Virus record (IMG/VR): IMGVR_UViG_3300021843_000436
DNA from: an uncultured virus (IMG/VR IMGVR_UViG_3300021843_000436)
Taxonomy: Duplodnaviria > Heunggongvirae > Uroviricota > Caudoviricetes
Strand: one strand, 5' to 3'
DNA: 64,000 nucleotides
The notes beneath the pieces were generated by a model. That model was given only the letters and a program-made list of their open reading frames with translations. It made no database searches and was not told the origin of the DNA. Of this stretch, positions 1 through 9,686 are shown piece after piece (within the stretch, counting starts at the first letter, position 1; each line of letters opens with the position of its first letter). Position numbers and translations under genes: made by a program.

Positions 1-873
1 ATGAAAAAGGTATCTATAGACTGGAAAATGTCTAAGAATATTTTTAATGTAAGCTCCGCCCTGACCAGGTATAAAGCCTATTTAGAAAGCCTGGGCCTGA
101 AAAAGAATACTGTGGATCTCTATACCCACCTCGTTAAGACCTACCTGGAGGATATAGGCAAGGACATGCCCACCCCTGAAGAGGCAGCCAATTACCACCA
201 GACTTTGGCCCAGAAGAAGCTGTCCAAGACCTCAATGAATAACTTTGCTGCAGCCATCACAAAATACCAAGCGATGTTAAGGAAACCAGTGAAGCTGCCC
301 TTCCTCAAGACAAACAACGCACTGCCCTATTACTTCGATGACATAGACATCCTGAAGCTATTCAGCTCCTGCAATAACTTCAAGCATCTATGCATGATGA
401 AAGTGCTATTCTTTGGCTGCCTGAGGTCAGGAGAGCTGTGCAATCTGGATGTCCAGGACTATGACCCAAAGAACCTGACTCTGAGACTGAATGAGACTAA
501 AAATGGATCTGATGCTATTGCCTACATCAACGATGAAGCTGCTAAGATGCTGAATCAATACCTGCAGGTCAGGCCACCCTTAACCATTGAGGATCGCGAT
601 CCCTTGTTTTTCACCGATTATGGCAACAGGTGGACAGTGAAGCAGGTTCATAAGATGTTTGTGTCCCATAAAAAGGCAGCAGGCATAGTGAAGAAGGGTG
701 GAGTCCATTGCTTCAGCAGGCACTCCTCAGCTACCCTCATGATAGCCCAGGGCTGTGACCTGAGGACTGTCCAGGCCATTCTAAGGCACAGGGACATTAA
801 CACTACTTTGAGATATACTCACTTGAGCGATAAGACAAAGAGGGAAAAATATGAGCACTTTATGAAATTATAG
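1..873 (+). CDS. Tyrosine recombinase/integrase
   Basis: SAM-like N-terminus; catalytic residues R (GCLRSGEL), K (ETKN), H..R (VHCFSRHS), H (ILRHR) and Y (TLRYTH). Confidence 0.95.
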   Translation: MKKVSIDWKMSKNIFNVSSALTRYKAYLESLGLKKNTVDLYTHLVKTYLEDIGKDMPTPEEAANYHQTLAQKKLSKTSMNNFAAAITKYQAMLRKPVKLPFLKTNNALPYYFDDIDILKLFSSCNNFKHLCMMKVLFFGCLRSGELCNLDVQDYDPKNLTLRLNETKNGSDAIAYINDEAAKMLNQYLQVRPPLTIEDRDPLFFTDYGNRWTVKQVHKMFVSHKKAAGIVKKGGVHCFSRHSSATLMIAQGCDLRTVQAILRHRDINTTLRYTHLSDKTKREKYEHFMKL

Positions 874-900
874 ATTCTGCATTAAGACCAGATTCCAAAT

Positions 901-916
901 CCTCTTTTTTTCTTTG
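901..916 (+). terminator. Possible archaeal oligo-T terminator after integrase
   Basis: CCTCTTTTTTTCTTTG about 30 bp after the integrase stop codon. Confidence 0.4.
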
Positions 917-946
917 ACCATAACTGTTATATTCATTCCAGTAATT

Positions 947-961
947 CCATAGGAATTATGG
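947..961. promoter_or_regulatory. CCATA-N5-TATGG palindromic operator, copy 1
   Basis: CCATAGGAATTATGG overlapping the ATG at 958; one of seven exact consensus copies. Confidence 0.7.
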
Positions 962-1610
962 AGGCAACAGAAATTCCTGAGTTTAAGCCTAAGAAGAGCT
1001 TAAACATGGCACAGCTGGCAGCTAACATGAAGGAAGAGATGACTGTGCTCTTTGGCTCAAAGCCAGAGAACCTCACCTTTGCAGGCTTCAGAATCTATTG
1101 CCTAGATAAAAAAGAGGGATACCTCTCAGCCACCAGCTATCTTTCTAAGGGCATTGACCTGGCAGCCTTTGGTTCTGAGGATCAGGCTGTGAAAATTGAT
1201 CCCAGCCTTCCTGACTATGATAAGAAGCTCCTGCTCAGGGGCTCAGCTCTCATCTATGCATCTATGCTCTCCTGGAGGGTGTCAGGACCCAGAATCATGA
1301 GGTCCTGCAGGCATGTAGCACCCTCTGGGAGGAGGCCAAATTCTTCAAAGACCCAGCTCCCACTCTGGATCAGGTGCTGGAGGAATATTCTGCAGCTATC
1401 AAAGCCTGGCCAGAGCATGATGACTTGGAGAGCCAAGTGAGCAGCCTGGAGTCAGACCTGCAGGACATGGAGTCTGAGAGGGATGAAGCCCAGGAAGAAG
1501 TGGAGCAGAAGCAGCAAAGAATCCAGGAGCTAGAGGCTGAATTGACCAGGAGAGATGAGGAGCTAGATGATCTGCAGGAGAAGCTGAAGGAGGCTCAGGC
1601 CAGTAACTGA
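958..1610 (+). pseudogene. Coiled-coil protein gene split by an 8-bp tandem duplication
   Basis: CATCTATG is repeated at 1251-1258 and 1259-1266. Removing one copy joins ORF 958..1440 to ORF 1374..1610 into one 214-aa ORF (..GSALIYALLEGVRTQNHEVLQ..DQVLEEYS..). Confidence 0.8.
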
Positions 1611-1726
1611 GGTCTTCCTACCCTGGCCTCCAGGGAAGCCTGTCCCTCCAGGCTGGAAGCTGATCTCTGGAGAAGAGAGGACAAAAAGGGAGCAGCAGAT
1701 GATCAATTTCATAAATCAAAACACTA

Positions 1727-2143
1727 TTGGTGAACATGATAATAGTAGAAGAGACACCTAAAAAGAAGGAAAGGCCCTCAGCAACTCTGAGGACCCTAAC
1801 TGGAGGACCCTCCAGGGAAAGCACAAAGAGCAGAGAGCTTCTGGCAAAGCTCAGAAGAATCATCCAGGGAACGGAGGAGGGCCTGGAGGAGTTGGCCTCT
1901 CTGGAGCATGATCAATGGGCTGGCTGGATGAGACACCTCTTTTCAAAATGTTATCAGGGCAACGGAGGCTCTCTGATAATCCCACCCCATCTGGTGGCCA
2001 GGTGGCAAAGACAGATGAAGACTTCCTATGCAAATCTGCCTCCTGAAGAGAAGGAACCTGATAGGGTAGAGGCTAGGAAGGTCTTAGGGTTGAAGTGGCT
2101 GGAGGAGGAGGAAGGCCATGACTGCAGTGGTCATGGTCTATGA
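1727..2143 (+). CDS. Hypothetical protein with RyR-repeat-like domain
   Basis: LASLEHDQW...SYANLPPEEKEPDRVEA matches the RyR-domain pattern LA..EH..W...Y..L.E.EKE.DR. Confidence 0.55.
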   Translation: MVNMIIVEETPKKKERPSATLRTLTGGPSRESTKSRELLAKLRRIIQGTEEGLEELASLEHDQWAGWMRHLFSKCYQGNGGSLIIPPHLVARWQRQMKTSYANLPPEEKEPDRVEARKVLGLKWLEEEEGHDCSGHGL

Positions 2144-2564
2144 GGGAGACTGGAAACCTATGGTAGATAAGCCAAAGAAAGAGCCTGCAGCTCAGTCCTT
2201 AGAGGATGGCACCCCTGGAAAAGCTGCCCAGAGAAAGAATAGGCTGAAGCATAAGCTTCTGGAAAAGGCTGAGCTTGATAAAAAGAGGGCTGAGGACCTG
2301 AAGAGAAAGAGGCAGCAGGCTGTGGAGCTTATTGCAGTCCTGACTGAGGATGTCATGGAGGGTGGAGATCAGCTCCTCCTGGATGGCATAGACAGCCTTT
2401 TCCAGGTCCTGGAGTGGGAGAAGCCTTTCTGGCCCAAAGGGACACCTGAGCAGGAGCCCAGGCAAAGGCTGAAGGTCCATCTAGCTGCCTGCCTACCTAA
2501 CTATCTGCAGGCCCTGAAGCTCTGCATGGAGCAGAAGAAGGCTCAGGAGGGTCAGCATGCATAA
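2118..2564 (+). CDS. Hypothetical protein
   Basis: Overlaps neighbours in an operon; GGAGG upstream; codon usage matches the core genes. Confidence 0.7.
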   Translation: MTAVVMVYEGDWKPMVDKPKKEPAAQSLEDGTPGKAAQRKNRLKHKLLEKAELDKKRAEDLKRKRQQAVELIAVLTEDVMEGGDQLLLDGIDSLFQVLEWEKPFWPKGTPEQEPRQRLKVHLAACLPNYLQALKLCMEQKKAQEGQHA

Positions 2565-2721
2565 TGTCTCTGATCAGGTCATGCTGGATGCCAGGAGGAC
2601 TGTCAGTGCCTTGAATCTGGAGGAGGTCATCCAGGAGGCCCTGGAGCAGGGAGATGTGGAGTCTCTGAAGGGAATCTTCTGCCTGGAGTTTGATCCTATG
2701 GAGGCTGGTTATGCCAGCTAA
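2557..2721 (+). CDS. Small hypothetical protein (54 aa, MHNVSDQVMLDARR...; not in ORF track)
   Basis: ATG at 2557 preceded by GGAGG, open to TAA at 2719-2721, overlapping the upstream stop. Confidence 0.6.
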   Translation: MHNVSDQVMLDARRTVSALNLEEVIQEALEQGDVESLKGIFCLEFDPMEAGYAS

Positions 2722-2856
2722 TGGGTGGAGGCCATAAATGGGTCTCTCTGAGTTCCTATTTTTTGGGTCTGGATTCCATAGTATTCATAGTTTTTATGCT
2801 TTACTAGATACTTACTGTTTGATTATGGAAAGGCTTAAATCTAATTGAAAGCCATA

Positions 2857-2882
2857 GGCAGGGGTGGCAGGGGTACCCCTGC
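2857..2882. promoter_or_regulatory. GGCAGGGGT iteron pair with 16-bp palindrome upstream of primase-helicase
   Basis: GGCAGGGGTGGCAGGGGTACCCCTGC; perfect palindrome GCAGGGGTACCCCTGC at 2867-2882; the same motif forms the two large elements at 5346 and 54862. Confidence 0.7.
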
Positions 2883-2910
2883 ATGAGTTTATAAAAAGTA
2901 ATATTTGTGA

Positions 2911-5271
2911 GTGAATACCATGACTTTAACTGTGGAAATTTCACCTCAATTGCAGAATGAGGGCTTTAGATTCTGCAAAGTGGCAAAAAGAGATAAGAAG
3001 CCCTTTGAGCAGGGGTGGTCAAAGAAGGGCTACTCTTATGATGATCCAATTCTGAAGTCCTGGCTGGAATCTGGTGGCAATTATGGGGTTCTGGGAGGAC
3101 ATGGAGACCTTGTGATCTTTGATGCTGATGACCTGGCCAGACTCCAGGAGCTGGGAGTTATAGCTCTCCTGCCAGAGAGCTTCACTGTCAGGACCCCTGG
3201 AAGAGGAGGCTGGCACATTTACCTCATCTGCCCAGGCATTGAGAAGAAGATGGCCCTCTATGATCCTGAAAAGACCTCCACAGATGCCAAAGGCAGGGAG
3301 CAGTTTGTCCATGTGGCTGATCTGGTGGCCCTGGGCATGCAGGCAGTAGGCCCAGGGTCCATAAGGGAGATCCCCAGGGAGGATGGCACTGAGACCAGAG
3401 CCTATGAGGTCATCAAAGACCTACCTATAGCCCATATCACTGAAGATCAGCTAAAGGAGGCCATTAAGGTCCTGAGGATCACTCCCAGGATGGATAAGAA
3501 GAAGACTGCAGAAGGCAAAGAAGAGCAGCCCCAGAAGGCAGGTTATAGGAGATGGTCTGACACTCTGCATGTGGAGGACATCCTGCTGCCTGAGAACATT
3601 GTGGTGGATAATCTGGACATCACTGGAGAGCTGCAGGGAGCACATCCCATTCATGGCTCAGAAACTGGGAGAAATTTTGCCATCAATGTGAAAAAGAATA
3701 ACTGGGTCTGCTTCAGATGCCACCCACCTGAGGGAAAAGGTGAGGCAGGTAAGGATTACTGTGGAGGTGGCCCCTGGGAGCTGCTGGGCATTAGAGAGGG
3801 CATTATAACCTGTGATGACTGTTATAAGGGGTGGAGGAGAGATCAGCCTGAAAAATGGGCTGCTATCCTCAGGAGAGCCAGGGATCTGGGAATAGAGGTG
3901 CCCAGGCTGCCTGATGGAGATTCCATGTCTGAGCTGAGGAGAGATATCATAAGATATTGTGTGGAGGTCCTCATGGGCTCAGAGCATATCAGGACCCTGC
4001 ATTCTGGTGAGATCCTACTCTATGAGAATGGGGTCTATAAATTTGAAGGAGACATCCTCCTGGGCAGCATGATCCAGCAGTTGGGTGGCCCTCAGACAAC
4101 TAATACTGTGGTGCTGGAGGTACTTGGACAGATAAGAAGGCTGACAGCTACTGACTTCCTGGACTTCGATAAGGATCCTTACAGGATCAGTGTGAAGAAT
4201 GGTATCTTAAACCTGAATACTGGGCATCTGGAGCCCCATGACCCTGAATTTTTAACAGTCATCCAGATCCCAGTGGACTTCAAACCTGGAGCTGATTGCC
4301 CTGAGATAAAGAAGTTCATGACTGAAATTGTGAAGGATAAGGATCTAGCTCTTATGGAGGAGATGGCAGGATATTGCCTTCTCAGGGCTCATAATATCCA
4401 TAAAGGCTTTCTCTTGCTGGGAGAGGGTAGGAATGGGAAGTCCACCTGGGTGAACCTCCTGGCAGCCCTGGTGAGCCTGGAAAACACCTCCCAGGTCCCT
4501 CTGCAGCAGCTGGGCAGGAAGTTCAAGACCAGTGAGCTGAAGGGGAAGCTGATCAACTTCTATACTGATCTGCCTGATCTCACAGTAGCTGTGACTGATG
4601 CCTTCAAGATAGTTACCTCTGGAGACCCCATGACCATTGAGGAGAAGTATAAGGCCCCTCAGAAAATGATCAATTACTCAAAGCAGGTCTTCAGTGCTAA
4701 TGCCCTGCCAAAGTGTCTGGATGAGACCTATGGCTTCTTCAGCAGGCTGATTCTAATAGACTTCCCCAACAGATTTGAGGGAGACAATGCTGATCCATTC
4801 CTCCTGAAGAAGTTAACCACCCCAGAAGAGCTGAGTGGCTTCCTGAATTTAGCTATCTCTGGGTTGAGGAGGCTTTTGCAGAACCAGCATTTCTCCTATG
4901 ATATGAGTGTGGATGACATAGCTGAGGAATACCAAAGAAGATCAGCTCCTGCTATGGCAGTGACTGACTTTGTGGGTGCCACTACCCTGAAGAATACCTC
5001 TGATGCTGTGCTGAAAGAAGACCTGTGGCTGGCTTATAGAGGCTGGTGCCTGGAAAATGGAGAAAATGAACTGCCTAAGGAGAGCTTCTTCAAAGGGGTC
5101 TATTCTGCTTATGCTGTCTCAAATACCAGGATCTCAGAGGACGGCTTCAGGAGACCCGCTCTGAGGGGCCTGGTGCTTTCAGAGGAAGGCAGGAGACTGG
5201 CAGATCTAGGAAAATCCATTTCTCCAGAGTATGCTAAGTCTGGCCAGAGAAGGGCTGAGGTGGCAGGGTAG
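2911..5271 (+). CDS. Primase-helicase (bifunctional Prim-Pol + Zn finger + D5/P4-type SF3 helicase)
   Basis: GNYGVLGGHGDLVIFDAD and TVRTPGRGGWHIY (Prim-Pol); HPIH...CFRC (Zn finger); VKNGILNL (D5_N); Walker A GEGRNGKST; SANALP. Confidence 0.93.
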   Translation: MNTMTLTVEISPQLQNEGFRFCKVAKRDKKPFEQGWSKKGYSYDDPILKSWLESGGNYGVLGGHGDLVIFDADDLARLQELGVIALLPESFTVRTPGRGGWHIYLICPGIEKKMALYDPEKTSTDAKGREQFVHVADLVALGMQAVGPGSIREIPREDGTETRAYEVIKDLPIAHITEDQLKEAIKVLRITPRMDKKKTAEGKEEQPQKAGYRRWSDTLHVEDILLPENIVVDNLDITGELQGAHPIHGSETGRNFAINVKKNNWVCFRCHPPEGKGEAGKDYCGGGPWELLGIREGIITCDDCYKGWRRDQPEKWAAILRRARDLGIEVPRLPDGDSMSELRRDIIRYCVEVLMGSEHIRTLHSGEILLYENGVYKFEGDILLGSMIQQLGGPQTTNTVVLEVLGQIRRLTATDFLDFDKDPYRISVKNGILNLNTGHLEPHDPEFLTVIQIPVDFKPGADCPEIKKFMTEIVKDKDLALMEEMAGYCLLRAHNIHKGFLLLGEGRNGKSTWVNLLAALVSLENTSQVPLQQLGRKFKTSELKGKLINFYTDLPDLTVAVTDAFKIVTSGDPMTIEEKYKAPQKMINYSKQVFSANALPKCLDETYGFFSRLILIDFPNRFEGDNADPFLLKKLTTPEELSGFLNLAISGLRRLLQNQHFSYDMSVDDIAEEYQRRSAPAMAVTDFVGATTLKNTSDAVLKEDLWLAYRGWCLENGENELPKESFFKGVYSAYAVSNTRISEDGFRRPALRGLVLSEEGRRLADLGKSISPEYAKSGQRRAEVAG

Positions 5272-5345
5272 GCCCCTCAAAACTTTTCTATTTTATGGTC
5301 TTTTTCCAAGAGGGGATCATTTTAATAAGTCATGCTAGATGAAAA

Positions 5346-5736
5346 TGGCAGGGGTGCCAAAGTCAGAAAATGGGCAATTAACGCTGTTATTTCACTATCA
5401 GCAGCCACCTGGCTGGGGTGGCAGGGGTACCCCTCCCCTAACCTTTACTATACTCTCCCTCCTATACTANNNNNNNNNNNNNNNNNNNNNNNNNNNNNNN
5501 NNNNNNNNNNNNNNNNNNNNNNNNNNNNNNNNNNNNNNNNNNNNNNNNNNNNNNNNNNNNNNNNNNNNNGGGGTGGCAGGGGTACCCCTCCCCTAACCTT
5601 TACTATACTCTCCCTCCTATACTATTTTCCTTACTCTTCTAATAGAGGAGGGGTACCCCTGCCATGTCTGCCAGGCTGCTCTGCATATCGAAATAACGCC
5701 GTTAACTGTGTAAAATGTGGAGATTGACCCCTGCCA
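5346..5736. repeat. Large imperfect inverted-repeat element, copy A (putative replication origin)
   Basis: Arms of about 90 bp bounded by TGGCAGGGGT...ACCCCTGCCA, with inner GGCAGGGGTACCCCTCC / GGAGGGGTACCCCTGCC around a pyrimidine/AT-rich spacer; lies just downstream of the primase-helicase; contains the N gap. Confidence 0.75.
5470..5569. other. Scaffold gap (100 N), probably an artefactual join of overlapping contig ends
   Basis: The 55 bp before the gap (5415-5469) are identical to the 55 bp after it (5570-5624). Confidence 0.85.
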
Positions 5737-5881
5737 TTATTATAGTGAAGAAGTTATAAACTAAATAGATTCTATTATGGATTATTTTAGGAAAAGACTT
5801 ATTAACATGGCTTTGTTAAATCTAAATGTGGATATAAAATCCATAATTAAGAAAAGGACCATTAAAAAGAGGTGAAAAGCT

Positions 5882-6499
5882 ACGAAAATTAACATCTGTG
5901 CCTTATTGGTCCTGGCTATCTATTTGGTTACTCTGATCCCTTCACTGGCTAACACCATCTCAGAGGATGTGATGGTCTTAGGGAATGGAATTGGCCATTT
6001 TACTACTGATGCAAAGGAGGCCAAAGAGAGAGCCATAGGCCAGGGAATGCAAAGCTACTCAAAGAGACTCAATTGGACCCAGGATGAGGGAAACTATACC
6101 TTTGGGTCTGACTATGTGATACAGGCATCTCAGAAGAATATCTGGAATCAGTTTATGCTTTCTGCTAATAGCCAAAGGGTAGGCTGGCAAAGCAATTTAA
6201 GAGCCAGCAATCTAGGAAACTTTACTGGAGCTGGCAGAATGCAGCTGAATCCTGAGAGTTTTGATACTCAATACTTCATGCAGGGTGATGGAGTATTGCA
6301 GGGCAGTGTCATAGATGGCACTGGAAAGCATCCTGAATGGGTTACCACCACCTTTGTGAATGGAAGCTTTGTCATAAACAGTCATGTTAATATAAGCAAA
6401 CCCATGCCTATCAATGTTGACTGGCTGTCATTCTGTGAGGGCAGCTATCTTCCAGTCCCTGCTGGGATCATGAAGGCCCCAACTCCACTAAAAGGATAA
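5882..6499 (+). CDS. Secreted/surface beta-rich protein with signal peptide (start uncertain: ACG 5882 or TTG 5906)
   Basis: GAGGTGA at 5869-5875, then in-frame ACG-AAA-ATT.. giving (M)KINICALLVLAIYLVTLIPSLA, a typical signal peptide. Confidence 0.65.
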   Translation, partial: TKINICALLVLAIYLVTLIPSLANTISEDVMVLGNGIGHFTTDAKEAKERAIGQGMQSYSKRLNWTQDEGNYTFGSDYVIQASQKNIWNQFMLSANSQRVGWQSNLRASNLGNFTGAGRMQLNPESFDTQYFMQGDGVLQGSVIDGTGKHPEWVTTTFVNGSFVINSHVNISKPMPINVDWLSFCEGSYLPVPAGIMKAPTPLKG

Positions 6500-6509
6500 A
6501 ATAAAAGGC

Positions 6510-7199
6510 TCAGCATACAATAGGTGGGCTTACTGTCATTTTTTCTTTTCGATTGGCAGCAAATTCTGTGAGCCACTCCCTGTCTGCATACTTTGTTATT
6601 TCCTGGACTTTCTCTGCAGGATAGAAGACAAACTGGCCAACTGTGTCACATTCCAGGGGTGTCAGAGGCACATAGATCATGTGAGGGATATGCCTATACT
6701 TTCTCTGTTTCTTCTCCAGCCAGTGAAGGCTCTGCTGGGGCCTCTCAGGATTAAACCAGAAGAATTGGAGGTTCCATTCCTCTCCTATGTAGCCTACCTT
6801 TGCATCAATGCCATTCATGTCATCTTGTACATCATAATAGACATAGGTGAAGGCATCTGATTCCTTAAGCCTGACTAGAAATTCCAGATCTCTCACAAAG
6901 CTGACATAAGTCCTGCCCAGCCTTCTAGTCCAATCTCCAGGCTTGAAGCCATGCTTCTTCAGCCAGTCGGTGGCCATTTCGGTATGCTTAAGGCAAAATT
7001 CTTTCTCGCTAGGTGGCACCTGCTGCCTATCGGCCAGCCTCATGAAAAGCTCTCCAAAGGGCATTATCCCTTTAGGCTCAGCCCTTTCAATCTCCTTGGG
7101 CACATAGGTGTCATAGATTCTGCAAGTATTCATAGCCCATTCACGTATTCCCATAGTTGTAAAGCCGGAAAGATCTGGTCTATATCCCATTATATTCAT
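6510..7199 (-). CDS. TaqI-like PD-(D/E)xK endonuclease, no cognate methyltransferase in window
   Basis: RRLGRTYVSF...DDMNGIDAKV...LQ resembles the TaqI core as recalled (ARLYRTAVS...LDAQGIDALI...IQIK); the Lys of QxK is absent (LQFF). Confidence 0.55.
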   Translation of the reverse strand: MNIMGYRPDLSGFTTMGIREWAMNTCRIYDTYVPKEIERAEPKGIMPFGELFMRLADRQQVPPSEKEFCLKHTEMATDWLKKHGFKPGDWTRRLGRTYVSFVRDLEFLVRLKESDAFTYVYYDVQDDMNGIDAKVGYIGEEWNLQFFWFNPERPQQSLHWLEKKQRKYRHIPHMIYVPLTPLECDTVGQFVFYPAEKVQEITKYADREWLTEFAANRKEKMTVSPPIVC

Positions 7200-7259
7200 C
7201 TCCAGTGCTTTTAGGTCAAATTATGGGAGGACTACTAATTCATCTCCTTGAAATCCTTT

Positions 7260-7274
7260 CCATAGGACCTATGG
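7260..7274. promoter_or_regulatory. CCATA-N5-TATGG operator, copy 2
   Basis: CCATAGGACCTATGG plus an extra half-site (AAACTATGG), next to a minus-strand TTAAATA box upstream of the nuclease gene. Confidence 0.7.
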
Positions 7275-7481
7275 AAACTATGGAATATTTAACCTTATAA
7301 AATTATCTGTTGAAAATAATTCAAATTAAAATAATTGAGATGGATTGTGATTATTCGTGATGTATAGTTAAAAAATAATATACTGATCTTATGTGGAAGG
7401 TCTGGGAGACTTCTATGGTAGTTATGGGAGACTTATGGAGCAAAGTCTTAAATATTGGTGCTATGGAATATAGAGAAATCG

Positions 7482-8054
7482 ATGGCAGGAAACGTAAAAT
7501 CTAATCAAAAAACCCTGGAGCAGAGGGGCCTGGCCACAATTGCCATGACTTACCCTGAAGAGATGGGGATCATCGCAGTGGCCCATGACCTGAGTGAGAG
7601 GACAGGAGAGCAGGTCTCTCCAGACATGGTGGCCAGCCTGAGAAAGAGGCTGAAAGCAGGGAAGTCCTACAGAGAGGCCCTCCTGCAGGTGGAGAGGGCT
7701 GACATCAGATTCAAGTTGAAGACCCTGGCAAAGGACCTGAGGGACCTCTTTGATGAAGCCTCAGGGGAATCAGATCTCATGAGGGCCAGGGCCTACTCAG
7801 GCCACACCCTGGCTGGTGTTTATAAACAGCTCTATGATCACCTGGGTGATGAGATCGAGAGGGTGAGAGAAGAGGAGAATGGAGCGGATGGTGAAGAAGA
7901 GGATGCTGATTTTACCCTGGTGGAAGATGATGAGCCCCATGCTGCCCCTGCCCCTGCCCCTGATCCTGCCCAGCTCCCAGGACCTGCCCCTGGGGAAGTG
8001 GCCACTGATCAGACTCCTGCCTCTGATGATGGGCCAAGGGAAGTGGTCCTTTAA
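7482..8054 (+). CDS. Probable terminase small subunit
   Basis: Directly upstream of and abutting TerL; helical N-terminus with acidic/Pro-rich tail (ORF track start 7455; ATG at 7482 preferred). Confidence 0.55.
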   Translation: MAGNVKSNQKTLEQRGLATIAMTYPEEMGIIAVAHDLSERTGEQVSPDMVASLRKRLKAGKSYREALLQVERADIRFKLKTLAKDLRDLFDEASGESDLMRARAYSGHTLAGVYKQLYDHLGDEIERVREEENGADGEEEDADFTLVEDDEPHAAPAPAPDPAQLPGPAPGEVATDQTPASDDGPREVVL

Positions 8055-9686
8055 ATGTCTCATAGGGATCTCAAGACTAAAATAAAACTAAGTTCAAAAT
8101 TAAAGAAGAAGATCTCAGCCTCACTGGAGAGGCCCCTGAGACAGAGGGAGATCCAAGAGCTGGAAAATTCCTTTTGGGACCTGAAGAGCTTCACTAATAC
8201 CGTTTATAGGTGGGCTGTAGAGAAGAAGTTTGGAGGCTTTACTTCTGGCCAGTATGTAAACAGGATGTGTGACTTCCTGCAGTCAAATCCCTGGACCCTT
8301 TATGTAGGCCCCAGGGCTCACTGGAAGTCCATGAGGTTCTATGACTTGAACCTCTGGGATATCTGGAGATATCAATTCCTGCCTAAGATAGATCCAGTCC
8401 ACACCACCAGGGACTTCAGGGTGCTCTATGGCAGCTACAAAAAGAACCTGGCTGATGAGCACATCCTACAGATCAAAGAGCTGGTCATAAACTCCATCAT
8501 GCCAGACCTGGGTCTGAGGGATGCCAAGAAGGATGCTGAGACCCTGGCCACCTGGAGCTGGGATAATGGGGTCCATAAATTTAGGATTAAGACTTTTGGT
8601 ATGCTGGAGGGTGTCAGAGGAGGGCACTCAGAGAGGGTCTATGTGGATGATCCTTTTAAGGACCCTAAATCCATCACAGCACCCACAGGCATTTTTGAGA
8701 TCAATGGTCTCTTTACGGGCACAGTCATGTCCATCCCTGTGGACAGCCCTTATGAAGTAGGCCAGCTCCATGTGATAGGCACCCCTCAGACAGAGGTGGA
8801 TTTCTTCTATGACCCTAATATTTTAAGGGCCTTCACCAGGGCAAATGGCAGCCCAGCCTATCTATATGAGAAGGCTATCATGCTGACCAATGGCCAGGAG
8901 ACCCCTCTCTGGCCAGAGATGTATTCCCTGGAGAAGCTCCATGAGATGAGAAGATCCAGGAAGGTCAGGCTGCAGGGAGGCACCATCAGCCTCTTTGAGC
9001 AGGAGTACATGTGCCAGCCCAGGTCCTCAGCCACCAGCTACTTCAGCCACATTAAGATCCTGCCAGACCAGCATCTGATGAATCTGGACTTTGCCACCAA
9101 AGCCATTCCTGAGTTTATTTATTCAGGAAAATCTATAATAGCAGGCTATGACCCAGGCAAAAAGGTCCACCCTGCCCACTTTGTAGTGCTGCATTATCAA
9201 AACAGGCACTATTTCCAGCTCCTCTCCAAGTGGTTTGACCATGTGGATTATTCAGTGCCAGATCAAGATACTGGTTATTCTCAATTTACTTATATAAATA
9301 AGGCTGTAAATTTCTTTGGCATTGGAGTGGTCTATGGTGATAACACTCATGGAGAGCTGGCCCAGTGTGAGGAGCTGGGAAACAATGGAGAGGAGACCTC
9401 CACCATCTTCAATCTTCAGCCTATCACAATTAACAGGGAGATGAAGACCAGGATAGGAATTGAGCTGGACACCGTGCTCAGCTCAGGCAGGCTTCATCTC
9501 CTGGATGATGACAGGCAGCTAAGGTCTCTCAATGCAGTCCAGGGGGACCTGTCAATAGTAGAGGGCACAGATCATCATGGTGAGGGTTTCACCTCCCTGG
9601 GATTGCCCATAGTCCACATGGAAGCCCAGGCTGGCAGGATGAATATAGCTCAGGCCCCAGGCATGTATTTCATGAGTCCTGCATAG
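8055..9686 (+). CDS. terL: Terminase large subunit
   Basis: Walker A GPRAHWKS, Walker B VYVDDP, coupling motif IGTP, FEQEYMC, nuclease IIAGYDPG. Confidence 0.92.
   Translation: MSHRDLKTKIKLSSKLKKKISASLERPLRQREIQELENSFWDLKSFTNTVYRWAVEKKFGGFTSGQYVNRMCDFLQSNPWTLYVGPRAHWKSMRFYDLNLWDIWRYQFLPKIDPVHTTRDFRVLYGSYKKNLADEHILQIKELVINSIMPDLGLRDAKKDAETLATWSWDNGVHKFRIKTFGMLEGVRGGHSERVYVDDPFKDPKSITAPTGIFEINGLFTGTVMSIPVDSPYEVGQLHVIGTPQTEVDFFYDPNILRAFTRANGSPAYLYEKAIMLTNGQETPLWPEMYSLEKLHEMRRSRKVRLQGGTISLFEQEYMCQPRSSATSYFSHIKILPDQHLMNLDFATKAIPEFIYSGKSIIAGYDPGKKVHPAHFVVLHYQNRHYFQLLSKWFDHVDYSVPDQDTGYSQFTYINKAVNFFGIGVVYGDNTHGELAQCEELGNNGEETSTIFNLQPITINREMKTRIGIELDTVLSSGRLHLLDDDRQLRSLNAVQGDLSIVEGTDHHGEGFTSLGLPIVHMEAQAGRMNIAQAPGMYFMSPA

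Noticed and set aside
5346..5736. CRISPR array, or coding ORFs 5332..5727 and 5339..5596
   Set aside because: There is no repeat-spacer periodicity; the apparent tandem copy and the ORFs arise from the N gap inside a palindromic non-coding element.
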